A DNA stretch of 61,557 nt, counting the filler. It is 4 parts of 4 records of this genome, joined end to end, with 100 filler letters (N's around TTAATTAATTAA, not from the genome) between each part and the next. Parts side by side here need not be neighbours in the genome. Positions count along the whole stretch, not along the records: positions 55,094 to 61,557 come from DRR378314_645; 3 more parts are not named here. One strand, given 5' to 3'. Each line of letters begins with the position of its first letter. The first letter of the stretch is position 1. The translations under genes and the position numbers were made by a program. This document shows positions 60,609 to 61,557 of this stretch, piece by piece. The notes under the pieces were generated by a model. It was not told the DNA's origin. It did no database searches and worked only from the letters and a program-made list of their open reading frames with translations.

Positions 60609-61557
60609 CTCGGGCGGTACGCAAGGAACTGTCCGCTTCCCCGCGCGTAGAAAAACCTAAAGGTGCGATTGCTGAACAGCTAGGAATAAAACCCGCTGTA
60701 TGCACGATTCGCTAGAGTGCCGAGGGATGGCCCCTTACTACGATGCTGAGTGTAGAGTGCTCTCCCTGATTGTGGGCAGGGTGAGGCGCGTCGCGCCGTG
60801 CAGCGGACACCAATATGGCTTAGCGCGCCAACACGCTTCGAACGGACTGCAGCGCGGTACCGTTTTCGGCTTGCTGACCTGGTGGAGCTGCGCATTGTAT
60901 CACTTTTTCTCTTATATTTAGAGAAATCATTTGTTGCATATATATCTTCTGTAAACTGGGCAAGGTCTGACGCAGCGCAGGTGTGCGTGCTGCGACTTGC
61001 TGCCGTGAGGATCCGCGCGCGCGTGCTCCTTGCCGAGACGCAAGTGGAAATGGGGAGCGTGGCTGGCGCGCGGCTCTCGTTGCTTCCACGACGCGTGTTG
61101 GTTAGCCTCCTCGCCCCAGCGTCGCGCTGTAGTGTGAATTTTGATACTGTTTCGCGTGTATCATACCTACACGTTGCATGAGCATGTGTTGCATGGCTAT
61201 TTCAAGTCACCCCGGCGTTCTTCGCCTGCCGAAAGACGACCTGCCGAGGGTAAGGCCCTTTGCGTTTTTCCACGACCGCTTCCCGTGCGCGCGTCGCTGA
61301 CGTTGCCCTGTGGCACGCTGCCCGCTTCGCGCCGTGTGACTGCCACGAAAGCAGGGAGCATAATGGGCGAAAAGGGACTCGGGCGCTTCCGCCCTCCGAG
61401 ACTGGAAAACATGTTTGAAGAGGTAACGTACACTATATTTGTGACGCGGCGCGCTGCGTTGATGCGCCAGGTGCTGAGAACTTGAGCACTCTCGGGAACA
61501 GTGGGGCGCACCGGCACGCCCGCGTCTGCTCTGCTTGGCCGCGGCGCGCGACCCCTT

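Noticed and set aside
1..61557. A functional gene cluster (trafficking and cilia genes COG1, CEP164, AVL9, kinesin)
   Set aside because: The genes lie on separate, artificially joined contigs and are ordinary housekeeping neighbours.

Overview
Intron-rich, GC-rich eukaryotic nuclear DNA, most likely from a flagellated protist. It consists of four contigs (1-16577, 16678-38890, 38991-54993, 55094-61557) joined by artificial 100-bp N44-TTAATTAATTAA-N44 spacers, so adjacency across the spacers is not evidence of linkage. Manual splicing supports a WD40 protein, a divergent COG1-like subunit, CEP164, an RNI-type LRR protein, a complete 13-exon legumain (one GC-AG intron), a 7-exon SPX-ankyrin-GDPD (Gde1-type) gene, AVL9, an LRR plus ~10-TM membrane protein and a kinesin motor, plus several orphan small or membrane genes. 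The data fit the standard genetic code. I found no RNA genes, CRISPR arrays or recognisable transposons, and no clear-cut novel multi-gene system. The best leads are the C(+4)-dominated 5' splice-site consensus, the Gde1-type architecture, the LRR-multi-TM protein with a ~500-aa loop and a small TM/Cys-motif orphan protein. All family calls come from motif recognition, not database searches.
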